The notes beneath the pieces are model-generated. The model ran no database searches, was not told the DNA's origin, and saw only the letters and a program-made list of their open reading frames with translations. A stretch of DNA of 64,000 nt. Source: Fermentimonas sp. (GTDB lineage: Bacteria; Bacteroidota; Bacteroidia; Bacteroidales; Dysgonomonadaceae). Shown piece by piece: positions 36,524-44,916 of the stretch. Every line of letters begins with the position of its first letter. The first letter of the stretch is position 1. The position numbers and the translations under genes were made by a program. The stretch is from contig JAQUIZ010000001.1 in assembly GCA_028683355.1 (NCBI GenBank), forward strand, positions 15,618-79,617, given 5' to 3'.

Positions 36524-38068
36524 ATGAGCAAGAACCAACAATACGCGGAACAATACGCCGATTTTGCGATGGAACAGATGCGCAAGTACGGCATTCCTGC
36601 CTCTGTGACCTTGGCGCAAGGCATATTGGAGAGCAGCAACGGACAAAGCCGTCTGGCTCTGAACGAGAACAACCATTTCGGCATCAAAGCCACTTCAAGA
36701 TGGATTGCAGAGGGTGGCAAGTACGGATTATACACCGATGACAAGCCCAACGAAAAGTTTTGCAGTTATGACAGTGTGGGTGATTCTTACGAACACCACT
36801 CCAAGTTTCTGGTAGAGAACAAGCGGTATGACAAATGTTTCGCCTTGGCTCCCGATGACTATAAGGGCTGGACGGAAGGGCTTGCCAAGGCAGGATATGC
36901 CAGCGGCAGCAATTATGCCAAAAGCCTGCAAAAAATCATCGAGGTCAACGGATTACAGAAGTACGACCGGATGGTGATGGCGGAAATGAAAACGCAGGGA
37001 TTAGAGATCGGACAAGAAATGAATGCCGATGCAAACAAGGAAGCGTATTCATTCCCTGTGGAGCGTGCGGAATTTATGTTTGTCACCTCTCCATTCGGTA
37101 TGCGCACCGACCCGATGGATGCCGGCAAGCAACAGATGCACAAGGGTATCGACATCCGCTGCAAGGGATATGCGGTACTGGCGACTGAGAACAACGGCAA
37201 GGTGGTGGCCGTCAACCACAACGCAAATACCGCCGGAGGGAAGTCCATCACCATCGAATACCCAAGGAGCGACGGGAGCAAGGTGCAGAACACCTATATG
37301 CACCTGTCTTCTGTCGATGTCAAGGTGGGCGATACCGTCCAAGCCGGGCAGAAAGTCGGTGTTTCTGGGAATACCGGGACACGGAGTACCGGCGAGCACC
37401 TGCATTTCGGGGTGACATTAGTTTCAGCGGATGGGCAGAAGCGGGATATGGACCCGGCTGTTTATCTGGCTGAGATTGCCGAAAAAGGCAATATCAAGTT
37501 ACAAGCTCTGCATAACGGGAATGACCTGCTGGCAAAATACAAGACGGAGGCAGTGGCCACTCCACAAGAAAGCAAGGCTCAAAGCCCTGAAGACTGGATG
37601 AAAAAGCTGCTCTCTTCGGAGGACAGCGGTGTCGGCTTATCGGGAACCAACGACCCGATTATGGATATGGTGGTCAAAGCCTTTTCTTCTCTGATGATGC
37701 TGGCAGTAGTCATTGACAGTAAGGATGAAGAGGAACAGATAAGTGCCGTTTCCAAAATGGCCGATGAACGGAAAGTGGATTTGACCCCACTTTTGCCACA
37801 CATGAAAACCTGCGCTCTCGTGGTTGGAGAGAATAACAAAGCCGTATTGCAGGCAGACAACGGCTCCATCCAATTCTCACGGGAGTTGAGTGCTAATGAG
37901 CTGAGCCGCCTGTCTGCCACGCTGAACAGTCCGGGACTCTCGGAAGAAAGCAAGCGTATGCGTGTGGCCGGGATGGTCAATGCCCTGGTGCTGTCGCAAC
38001 AGGCTTCGCAGAACTTCGAGCAGGGAATGTCGGAACAACAGAGCCGGGAGGAACAAATCAAGAGATAA
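36524..38068 (+). CDS. bifunctional peptidoglycan hydrolase (GH73 glucosaminidase plus M23 peptidase)
   Basis: VTLAQGILESSNGQSRLALNENNHFGIKA is GH73-like. It is followed by MHKGIDIRCKG and GNTGTRSTGEHLHFGV (M23). Confidence 0.85.
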   Translation: MSKNQQYAEQYADFAMEQMRKYGIPASVTLAQGILESSNGQSRLALNENNHFGIKATSRWIAEGGKYGLYTDDKPNEKFCSYDSVGDSYEHHSKFLVENKRYDKCFALAPDDYKGWTEGLAKAGYASGSNYAKSLQKIIEVNGLQKYDRMVMAEMKTQGLEIGQEMNADANKEAYSFPVERAEFMFVTSPFGMRTDPMDAGKQQMHKGIDIRCKGYAVLATENNGKVVAVNHNANTAGGKSITIEYPRSDGSKVQNTYMHLSSVDVKVGDTVQAGQKVGVSGNTGTRSTGEHLHFGVTLVSADGQKRDMDPAVYLAEIAEKGNIKLQALHNGNDLLAKYKTEAVATPQESKAQSPEDWMKKLLSSEDSGVGLSGTNDPIMDMVVKAFSSLMMLAVVIDSKDEEEQISAVSKMADERKVDLTPLLPHMKTCALVVGENNKAVLQADNGSIQFSRELSANELSRLSATLNSPGLSEESKRMRVAGMVNALVLSQQASQNFEQGMSEQQSREEQIKR

Positions 38069-38241
38069 TGAAACGCGTGATGATGGAAATAGGATTGTTG
38101 TTTGTCGGGTTGTCCATGGCAGCACTGCACACCCTCGTATGCTACAAGCTGTTCGGCTTGGTGGCGACACTCGTGATCATTGGGGTGCAGGTCCTCATCG
38201 CCATCGGGATAGCCTGGATTAAAATCCGTGCGCCCGACTAA
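38068..38241 (+). CDS. 57-aa two-TM membrane peptide (below the ORF-track size cutoff)
   Basis: The ATG overlaps the upstream TAA (TAATG). The protein MKRVMMEIGLLFVGLSMAALHTLVCYKLFGLVATLVIIGVQVLIAIGIAWIKIRAPD is almost entirely hydrophobic. Confidence 0.4.
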   Translation: MKRVMMEIGLLFVGLSMAALHTLVCYKLFGLVATLVIIGVQVLIAIGIAWIKIRAPD

Positions 38242-38321
38242 GACGGTTGCACAGGCAAGTGGTTCACATTTAACAGGATATTCCGGTCAAATGGTCTTGG
38301 TAAAATAAAACTACAAGCAAT

Positions 38322-38930
38322 ATGATAAAGTGTAATGTAACAGTGTGCGGTACAATCAGCCGTGTGACTACCGTCCGCACCAACAGCGATAATAAAGTGT
38401 TCACGGCTTTTGCCGTAAATTGTGTGGTTCCTGCCAAAAGCGGCATCAACAAGACCGTGGAAATCTCCGTCGCCAAAGATGGAGAGGATAACGAACTGAA
38501 GAATTGTGCCTTGGGACAACGGGTAAATGTGTCGGGCACGCTGACTTTCAAGAAACGTGGGGACAACCTCTATTTCAATCTGTCAGCTTCGGAGGTCACT
38601 CTTTCGGCTTCCAATGAAGATTCCATCAAGGGGGAAATGCACTTCCGTGGAAAGACGGGAAAAAACATTGAAGAGAAGACCGACAAGAAAGGCAAGGACT
38701 TTTTACAGTTCTCAGGCTTTTCCGCAGAGAAAGTCAATGACGGCTTCGAATACCTGTGGGTACGGTTCTTTGGATTTGACTGCAAACGTGAAGAGTGGCT
38801 GCAACCCCAGACAGGCATCGAGGTCAAAGGCGACATGGAGCTGTCCGTCTATAACGACAAGCTGAACCTTTCCTGCAAGATTGCCGAGATGTCGGTGTAT
38901 GTCAAGCCTCCGTATAACCCCAATAACTGA
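38322..38930 (+). CDS. hypothetical beta-rich protein, possibly a tandem OB-fold
   Basis: 202 aa made of two ~95-aa halves with similar beta-strand-like patterns. It lies directly upstream of the ArdC-like gene. The fold assignment is speculative. Confidence 0.45.
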   Translation: MIKCNVTVCGTISRVTTVRTNSDNKVFTAFAVNCVVPAKSGINKTVEISVAKDGEDNELKNCALGQRVNVSGTLTFKKRGDNLYFNLSASEVTLSASNEDSIKGEMHFRGKTGKNIEEKTDKKGKDFLQFSGFSAEKVNDGFEYLWVRFFGFDCKREEWLQPQTGIEVKGDMELSVYNDKLNLSCKIAEMSVYVKPPYNPNN

Positions 38931-38935
38931 CAGGT

Positions 38936-40648
38936 ATGGCCGGTTACAAGAAATATAACAACGATGGCCCTTCCGCAGAAGACAAGGCTCTTGACCTTTT
39001 TGCGGAAATGATGATCGAGCGCATCGAGACCATCAGCAAGGACTGGTCGAAGCCGTGGATTACCGTGGGAAGTTTGGGGTGGCCGAAGAACCTGTCAGGG
39101 CGTGAGTACAATGGGATGAACGCGCTGATGTTGCTTCTCCACTGCGAGAAGAACGGATATAAGATTCCTCGTTTCTGCACCTTTGACTGTGTGCAGCGGT
39201 TGAACAAGCCGACTGAAAAACAGGCTAAAGAGGGTGTGGAACTGCCGAGGGTTGCCGTCAACCGTGGTGAAAAATCGTTCCCGGTCATGCTTACCACATT
39301 TACCTGCATCCATAAGGAGACCAAGGAGAAAATCAAGTATGACGATTACAAAAGGCTCTCCGACGAAGAGAAGAAGATGTACAACGTATATCCGAAGATG
39401 CAGGTCTTTCGGGTCTTTAACGTGTCCCAGACCAATCTTCAGGAAGCCCGTCCGGAACTTTGGAACAAGCTGGCGAATGGGGATGCCGTAAAATTGGACG
39501 AGAGCGAGAAGATGTCTTTTGAACCGATGGATGTGATGATCCGTGATAACCGGTGGATTTGTCCCATCAAGCCGATGCACCAGGACAAAGCCTACTTCTC
39601 CATTACCAAAAACGAGATTGTGGTTCCTGAAAAGGCACAGTTCAAGGACGGGGAATCGTACTACGGCACGCTTTGGCATGAAATGACCCACAGCACAGGT
39701 ATCGAGGGGCAGCTTGACCGCATCAAGCCCACCGCTTTCGGTTCGGACGAATATGCCCGTGAGGAATTAGTGGCTGAATTAGGCAGCGCATTGGTGGCAC
39801 AGCGTTATGGTATGAGCAAGGCTCTGAAAGAAGAGAGCTGCGCCTATCTAAAATCGTGGCTGGAGCAACTGAAAGAGTCTCCGCAATTTATCAAGACCAC
39901 GCTCTTGGATGTGAAAAAGGCGACTTCGTTGGTTACGCAAAACGTGGATAAGATTGCGGAAGAATTGGAAAAGGGGAAAAAGGAAGAGCAGAACAACAAG
40001 CAAGAAGTGAAAGTTGAACAACCTGCATCCGGCGAAAAGATTTTCTATTCTTCCGTTGCCTATCTGCAATCAACCGATGACACTTCCCGGCTGGACGAAT
40101 TTCGGGACAAGGGTGATTATGAAGGATTGCTCCAAGCTGCCAAAGAGTATTATGACGGGAACGGTATCAATGAGCAATATACCTTTGCCTCTCCTCTCCA
40201 GAACAAGGGTGATGACCTGTTGATTGAAGACAAGGATTTTGCCGTGGTCTATAACAACAGCGTGGGTGGCACATACGAGGTGATGCTGAAATATTCGGAA
40301 CAGGAAATCCGTGACCATATTACCAGATACGGAACCCGTCTGCCAAGCGATGACATCAAAGAGGTAGCAAAGGATATGGTGGCAGAACAGTTCCATGCTA
40401 TAACGAAACAGCGAATACCTGTCTTTGAAATGCCGAGCGGAGACATTCTCTATGCCGGATATAACAGGGAGACCGACACGCTTGATATCGGTACGGTGGT
40501 CAATGCCGGTCTTGTTCCCAACCATCAGTTCCCCTACGACCACGACAATTCTCTCGAATCCAACCTGCAATCCGTCCATTCGGAATTAAGTCAGATGGAA
40601 CAGTATCAGGAGGAAGAGGTGGAATATAGCGGTGGTATGCACCGATGA
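38936..40648 (+). CDS. ardC: ArdC-like antirestriction protein (ssDNA-binding N-domain plus zincin metalloprotease domain)
   Basis: KPWITVGSLGWPKNLSGREYNGMNALMLLL is the ArdC N-domain. An intact HExxH occurs in YYGTLWHEMTHSTG. There is a long C-terminal extension. Confidence 0.8.
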   Translation: MAGYKKYNNDGPSAEDKALDLFAEMMIERIETISKDWSKPWITVGSLGWPKNLSGREYNGMNALMLLLHCEKNGYKIPRFCTFDCVQRLNKPTEKQAKEGVELPRVAVNRGEKSFPVMLTTFTCIHKETKEKIKYDDYKRLSDEEKKMYNVYPKMQVFRVFNVSQTNLQEARPELWNKLANGDAVKLDESEKMSFEPMDVMIRDNRWICPIKPMHQDKAYFSITKNEIVVPEKAQFKDGESYYGTLWHEMTHSTGIEGQLDRIKPTAFGSDEYAREELVAELGSALVAQRYGMSKALKEESCAYLKSWLEQLKESPQFIKTTLLDVKKATSLVTQNVDKIAEELEKGKKEEQNNKQEVKVEQPASGEKIFYSSVAYLQSTDDTSRLDEFRDKGDYEGLLQAAKEYYDGNGINEQYTFASPLQNKGDDLLIEDKDFAVVYNNSVGGTYEVMLKYSEQEIRDHITRYGTRLPSDDIKEVAKDMVAEQFHAITKQRIPVFEMPSGDILYAGYNRETDTLDIGTVVNAGLVPNHQFPYDHDNSLESNLQSVHSELSQMEQYQEEEVEYSGGMHR

Positions 40649-40672
40649 CTATAATGGGACGTTTGCGTATTT

Positions 40673-40714
40673 CAATCCAACCGTAGGGAGTTTGTTCTCC
40701 TTGCGGTTGGATTG
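40673..40714. terminator. strong inverted repeat between convergent genes (bidirectional terminator candidate)
   Basis: CAATCCAACCG (40673-40683) pairs perfectly with CGGTTGGATTG (40704-40714). An inner GGAG/CTCC pairing adds to the stem. Confidence 0.6.
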
Positions 40715-40728
40715 TTGTAGCTATACAG

Positions 40729-41355
40729 TCAGTCAATATCATAGCCTATCACATAATCGTCATTGATAAGCAGATAGTAGTAGCCGTTGCCACAATTCCG
40801 ATATTCCTTGCTGAAGCCTGCCGCCATATCGCCATTGTCTCGTGGCTCACACCAAAGCGTTCCGTCATAACCGCAAAAATCAAAGCGGCAAGTGGAAAAT
40901 TTCTCTTTGTTTTTCAGTGCCTCACGGAAGAGACGCATTGCTGTCGTTCCACAGTATTTTTCAATGGTGGCAAGTCCGATACATTTGCCGTCGATGCGTG
41001 TGCCTGTTGTAATGTGGTTCTCGTAAAGGTTTTTATCCAAATCCGCATTGGCGATTTCACGAAGCCAGGAATTTGTATGTGTGGCAAGTCGAGCAAGTTT
41101 CTGATATTTCAGAATAAGTTTCCTGTCCGTATTCTCGTCCTGTTCTTGCGAGGGATAGTATATTTGCTCGATGCTTGCCCAATCTGTAAACACATAGCCT
41201 TTTGTCCGCTTGCCGAGAGCGATAATGCCAATAACACCTCTGTCTCGGTTGATGAACAAGCGTCTGCGTTTTCCTGCAATCCGCACGTATAAAGACGGAG
41301 GATTGGTTTCGTTGCGAAGATAGCTCTCCGCCGGATGAATAGTTGTCATTTCCAT
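40729..41355 (-). CDS. hypothetical protein (208 aa)
   Basis: Last gene of a tightly packed minus-strand operon. No motif recognised. Confidence 0.5.
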   Translation of the reverse strand: MEMTTIHPAESYLRNETNPPSLYVRIAGKRRRLFINRDRGVIGIIALGKRTKGYVFTDWASIEQIYYPSQEQDENTDRKLILKYQKLARLATHTNSWLREIANADLDKNLYENHITTGTRIDGKCIGLATIEKYCGTTAMRLFREALKNKEKFSTCRFDFCGYDGTLWCEPRDNGDMAAGFSKEYRNCGNGYYYLLINDDYVIGYDID

Positions 41356-41363
41356 ATCTGTAT

Positions 41364-41603
41364 CTATTTTTCAATGTTTATTTTACCTATCCTTACCAAT
41401 GTACCATTGCGGTAAAGCATGATTTCTCCGGGCTTGAACCCCATTTCTCCGAAGGCTATGTATTTGATATAATCCCGGTACTTCTCGCCTGAAAAGTTTT
41501 TACCGCACAAGTTGTTGAAAAACATGGGTATTGAAAACCCATCCTCTCCTGACAACACTGTTTTGCCGTTTTGCCTGATTTCGTCTAACATACCAATTTC
41601 CAA
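41364..41603 (-). CDS. hypothetical small protein (79 aa)
   Basis: Co-oriented with its neighbours; overlaps the upstream ORF by 19 nt. Confidence 0.45.
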   Translation of the reverse strand: MEIGMLDEIRQNGKTVLSGEDGFSIPMFFNNLCGKNFSGEKYRDYIKYIAFGEMGFKPGEIMLYRNGTLVRIGKINIEK

Positions 41604-41836
41604 TTTTCATCATCAATCGTAAGTTTGTTCATTTCCCAATCATACTCCACTTCCGGTGCATTGGTATAGGGAAAATTGATGGTGTAGCCGATTTGTCCGT
41701 AGGAACAATGAAGCGGTGTTACACATATTTCCCTGCCAAAATAAAGGCTCGGTGTGCAGTATTTCCGCCAATTAAAGCGGTCTGCAAGGATATTCCTGCA
41801 AAGTCTTCTGTAATATGATTTGTCCGATAAAGTCAT
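41585..41836 (-). CDS. hypothetical small protein (83 aa)
   Basis: Co-oriented and tightly packed. Confidence 0.45.
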   Translation of the reverse strand: MTLSDKSYYRRLCRNILADRFNWRKYCTPSLYFGREICVTPLHCSYGQIGYTINFPYTNAPEVEYDWEMNKLTIDDENWKLVC

Positions 41837-41847
41837 AATTATGTGTA

Positions 41848-42210
41848 TTAAAGAAATTCCATTTCAAATGCTTGTAGCAATTCATATATTTGTTCTTCGG
41901 CATCTTCCATATCCGCTACAATATCCTTGATGTGATAAGGTGCGCCATTCTTGCCGTGTCCGTCATCGCCTATCCACAAATAGGCTTCATAATCGGGGTC
42001 AAAACCCTCGTAATACTCTTTTACACTGGCTATGAGGGAATCAATATCCTCGCCCTGCATATCGGCATTGAAGAGAAAATCCTGTCCGTACTTGGTATAG
42101 CGTTGAAACTCAAACAATACTCTTGTCTCGTTTTTGTCTTCAACGTTCACGCTCCAGCCTTTTTCTTGGGCAATGTCGGTTATTCTCTGTATCTGTTCTT
42201 CGGTAGTCAT
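41848..42210 (-). CDS. strongly acidic 120-aa protein (candidate DNA mimic or anti-defence)
   Basis: By my count about 29 Asp+Glu against about 9 Lys+Arg. It lies in the ArdC/PcfJK neighbourhood. Confidence 0.55.
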   Translation of the reverse strand: MTTEEQIQRITDIAQEKGWSVNVEDKNETRVLFEFQRYTKYGQDFLFNADMQGEDIDSLIASVKEYYEGFDPDYEAYLWIGDDGHGKNGAPYHIKDIVADMEDAEEQIYELLQAFEMEFL

Positions 42211-42261
42211 CTTGTGAGGGTTTTGAAGTGGGGAAACTTTTTACATTTCCCCACACGTGGC

Positions 42262-42594
42262 TTAATCCGTTACTTGAAAATAATACTCCTGCTTCTCGTC
42301 CGACCATTCGGAGGTCATTTCGTCCGCTTCTCTCCATAGCTTGTCATAGAGAATGGCTCTTTGGTTGTCTCTCTCGTGCCACTGCCATATCTTGTGATTG
42401 AGTACAAGGCAGAGTTCCGTCCAATACTTGTAGTTGTCTTTCCATTCGGACTTGGCTCGGCTGTATGTGTCGGCTATGGCTTTGTCTCCGAATTTATCGG
42501 CAATGGAGAAGTCCTGCCAAAAGGTGGTTATCGGCTCGTAACCGTTCAACTCTGTTATGTTCCATCTTGGGATGGCGATTTGAAGTGCTTTCAT
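42262..42594 (-). CDS. hypothetical Trp-rich small protein (110 aa)
   Basis: Co-oriented ORF. No motif recognised. Confidence 0.5.
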   Translation of the reverse strand: MKALQIAIPRWNITELNGYEPITTFWQDFSIADKFGDKAIADTYSRAKSEWKDNYKYWTELCLVLNHKIWQWHERDNQRAILYDKLWREADEMTSEWSDEKQEYYFQVTD

Positions 42595-42599
42595 AATCG

Positions 42600-42911
42600 T
42601 TATTGTTTATGGTTTTCGTAATACTCTTCGGGCAAATAATAGAGGTCGTTCTCTGACAAATGGTCTATGGCTTCCGCTGCCAGACGGCACGCCCATTCGT
42701 TACGCTGGTCATATCTTCCCTTGTGCCAGTTCTCCGCCAACTGCTCCATAAAGTAGAACATCAGCTTGGCTTTTTCGTTTACCAAATAGCGGTGGTCATC
42801 CGCCAATGCCTTGCCCACCTTTCGGGGTGAAGCCATTTTTCCGTTTACATAGTTTGAGAACTCGTCCGCAAAGCGTTTGTCGTTCTCCGATAATTGATTG
42901 TTGTACTCCAT
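42600..42911 (-). CDS. hypothetical small protein (103 aa)
   Basis: The ATG at 42911 (MEYNNQLSEND...) is preferred. The ORF-track extension to 43304 runs through the conserved non-coding element. Confidence 0.5.
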   Translation of the reverse strand: MEYNNQLSENDKRFADEFSNYVNGKMASPRKVGKALADDHRYLVNEKAKLMFYFMEQLAENWHKGRYDQRNEWACRLAAEAIDHLSENDLYYLPEEYYENHKQ

Positions 42912-43313
42912 TTCTAATGAATTTTGATGTTGAACATTTTTTCTTTTCCCTCTGGTCGGTTCTTTCCCGTCTGAACCGCCTTGGAATTTTATGGATGCGG
43001 TAAACGGCTGTCGGCACAGCTTCATGCGACGGCTTTCCCGGCCAATTACTCTTTCACGGAAAGGAAGAATTTGCAGGGAATGCACTTCAAGCCGGAGAAT
43101 CAAGCACGACAGCAGACCTTTGCATCTGATAAAACCAAGAGCGGTGTGGACGGAAGATGAGCCACGGCAGTTATACCTATAAAAGGAAGATGGCTTGGGC
43201 AAAATATAAAGGTTGAGATACAAAAGGAAGCTGCCAACGCAGTTTAGGCAACTCATAAAAACGGGTATCGTGCTTTTGTGAAACCACGTAAGCACGACAC
43301 TCATTGATAAGAG
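42912..43313 (-). repeat. copy C (divergent) of a conserved ~300-400-nt non-coding leader element
   Basis: It shares the exact 16-mer TTTTTTCTTTTCCCTC (42937-42952) and GTTGAAC with copy B. It shares ACAGCAG(T)ACCTTTGCA and CGGAGAATC blocks with copies A and B. Confidence 0.5.
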
Positions 43314-43760
43314 CTAAAAAGATGAAGGCAGTAAATCACTCATCCTCTGTTCCGGCAAACCGCAAAAGCCCCGAATGATAGTATCTCCGTTTACGCCATC
43401 AAGTTTGCTGAACATCTGCAAGGAGTCAAATCCTCTGTCGAATTGCTCCTTGCTGACAGCAGGGGCAAAATGAATAACTCCACGTGGATAGCTTTTTGAT
43501 ACACCTATCCACCCACGCAAATAATCATCGAAATGTCCGTCCGCTTTCGACACATAGAACTCTTGCGAATGAGAACTGCAAATGTTCTTTCCGTACATCT
43601 CGTCTCCTAAAATCAGGATTCCGATTTTAGGATTGTACATAAAACGTCTGTTGGCTATTTGAAGAATATCTATGATTTTCTGTTTGATATTGATAACCAT
43701 CAGGGGTTTCCCAATCTCTCTTTTTGCACGTTTGCCTGTGCCGTAACCTTTCTTTTCCAT
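43314..43760 (-). CDS. hypothetical protein (148 aa)
   Basis: Second gene of the middle minus-strand operon. No motif recognised. Confidence 0.5.
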   Translation of the reverse strand: MEKKGYGTGKRAKREIGKPLMVINIKQKIIDILQIANRRFMYNPKIGILILGDEMYGKNICSSHSQEFYVSKADGHFDDYLRGWIGVSKSYPRGVIHFAPAVSKEQFDRGFDSLQMFSKLDGVNGDTIIRGFCGLPEQRMSDLLPSSF

Positions 43761-43784
43761 ACTCCAGTCTTTTATGCTCTCCGA

Positions 43785-44366
43785 TTATGCCGATATTTGA
43801 TATTCGTGAATAGAGCAGTATGCGTCTTCATTTTTTTCTTTCCATTGCATGACAATCGCATTGACATCCTGACGGGATTTAACTTGTACTTCGCAAATAT
43901 CCTCCAGCCAGTCATATACGCTTTCCAAGTCTTGAAAATACTCGGAATAGTATTCTTCCTCCGAAGTGCATACATCAACATAGTATCTGTCGGGAAAGTA
44001 TTTGCCCTTATCATCATTCGTCCAATACTCACACATACCAGGTTCTTCCGACTGATAGAAATATCGCAGCGTGGGATATTTCTCACATACCATATCAAAC
44101 ATTTCATTGCAGGGAGACCACGCTGTTTCTGTATTGAACGTAAGCACCTCACCGTTGAATTTGAGGTTATCCCACGTTCCACGGCAATATATCTTTTCCC
44201 AACTTTCTCCGAGGGCTTCTACAAGACACCCTAACCACGTAGTTCCAAAACCATTTTGAACGGACGGCTTTTGTCGTTTTTCTAAATCTTTCATTAACTC
44301 ATAGAGTTTTTTCAATTCTGTTGCGTTGCCCTCTATCGCATACGCAGTGCTGCACCAATTCGGCAT
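43785..44366 (-). CDS. acidic Cys/Trp-rich protein, possibly DUF1281/YubB-like
   Basis: The N-terminus MPNWCSTAYAIEGNATELKKL resembles the M-x-N-W-C start of a family I recall from plasmid leading regions. The assignment is tentative. Confidence 0.5.
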   Translation of the reverse strand: MPNWCSTAYAIEGNATELKKLYELMKDLEKRQKPSVQNGFGTTWLGCLVEALGESWEKIYCRGTWDNLKFNGEVLTFNTETAWSPCNEMFDMVCEKYPTLRYFYQSEEPGMCEYWTNDDKGKYFPDRYYVDVCTSEEEYYSEYFQDLESVYDWLEDICEVQVKSRQDVNAIVMQWKEKNEDAYCSIHEYQISA

Positions 44367-44700
44367 AATCGTAAATTTTTATTGTTAGACTTGTTTTTGT
44401 TTCCCTCTGCTTGGAAGCCTTCCGACTTCGCCACCAGGATATGTTTTATGTGCGTTAAAGACTGCGTTACAAGGGAGATAAGACAAGTAAACAAACAAGG
44501 AGTTAATGAAATACCCAATTTCTGCCTGCCGGAAATTGAGGAAAGTTGTCGTTAAGTCCGGTGATTTGTTAGCCGAAGCGATACTTGGTGTTCTCCCACA
44601 GCAGTACCTTTGCACCATAAAACAATCCGCGCGGCGTGGTGGTCGGCTCAAAGGAGAATACTCAAAAAACTATAATGGGTTGTTAGTAGGTAAAACAGAT
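44367..44700 (-). repeat. copy A of the conserved non-coding leader element
   Basis: The core at 44477-44559 matches 47431-47513 at 73 of 83 positions by hand alignment. It contains the hairpin CAATTTC (44516-44522) / GAAATTG (44532-44538). Confidence 0.65.
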
Positions 44701-44850
44701 TTGACCTTTGAGTGGTGCTATAAACGGCACAAGTGGTTGTATAAATGGAAGAATTGCGTACATTGCTATATTTTAACAGGTTACATCTACCACTTTGCGG
44801 TAGAATTAAAACAGTACATCGCTACGGCAATCAGCGAGCAGCCGTAGCCG

Positions 44851-44896
44851 GATACATAAAAGCCACCTGCTACATTGTATATCGTAACAAGTGGCT
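44851..44896 (-). terminator. candidate terminator after the pcfJ-like operon
   Basis: 44861-44869 pairs with 44888-44896. This gives 9 bp on the minus-strand RNA including one G-U; the same position is a C-A mismatch on the plus strand. The stem is followed by UUUAUGU. A second hairpin is GCTACGGC/GCCGTAGC at 44821-44848. Confidence 0.4.
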
Positions 44897-44916
44897 GACG
44901 AAAAGAACAAAACAGA

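Noticed and set aside
42912-43304. N-terminal 131-codon extension of ORF 42600-43304
   Set aside because: The extension runs through the conserved non-coding element (copy C). The internal ATG at 42911 sits at the same distance from the GAGGGAAAAGAAAAAA motif as the start codons of the other two operons.
43659-44234. 191-aa plus-strand ORF
   Set aside because: It is antisense to 43785-44366 and 43314-43760. Its product is hydrophobic and low-complexity, and it breaks the uniform minus-strand organisation.
44506-44847. 113-aa ORF inside leader copy A, and the analogous 81-aa ORF at 47360-47605 inside copy B
   Set aside because: The two ORFs read the shared 83-nt core in different frames and only converge later. 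The conservation is therefore at nucleotide level, and I treat the regions as non-coding.
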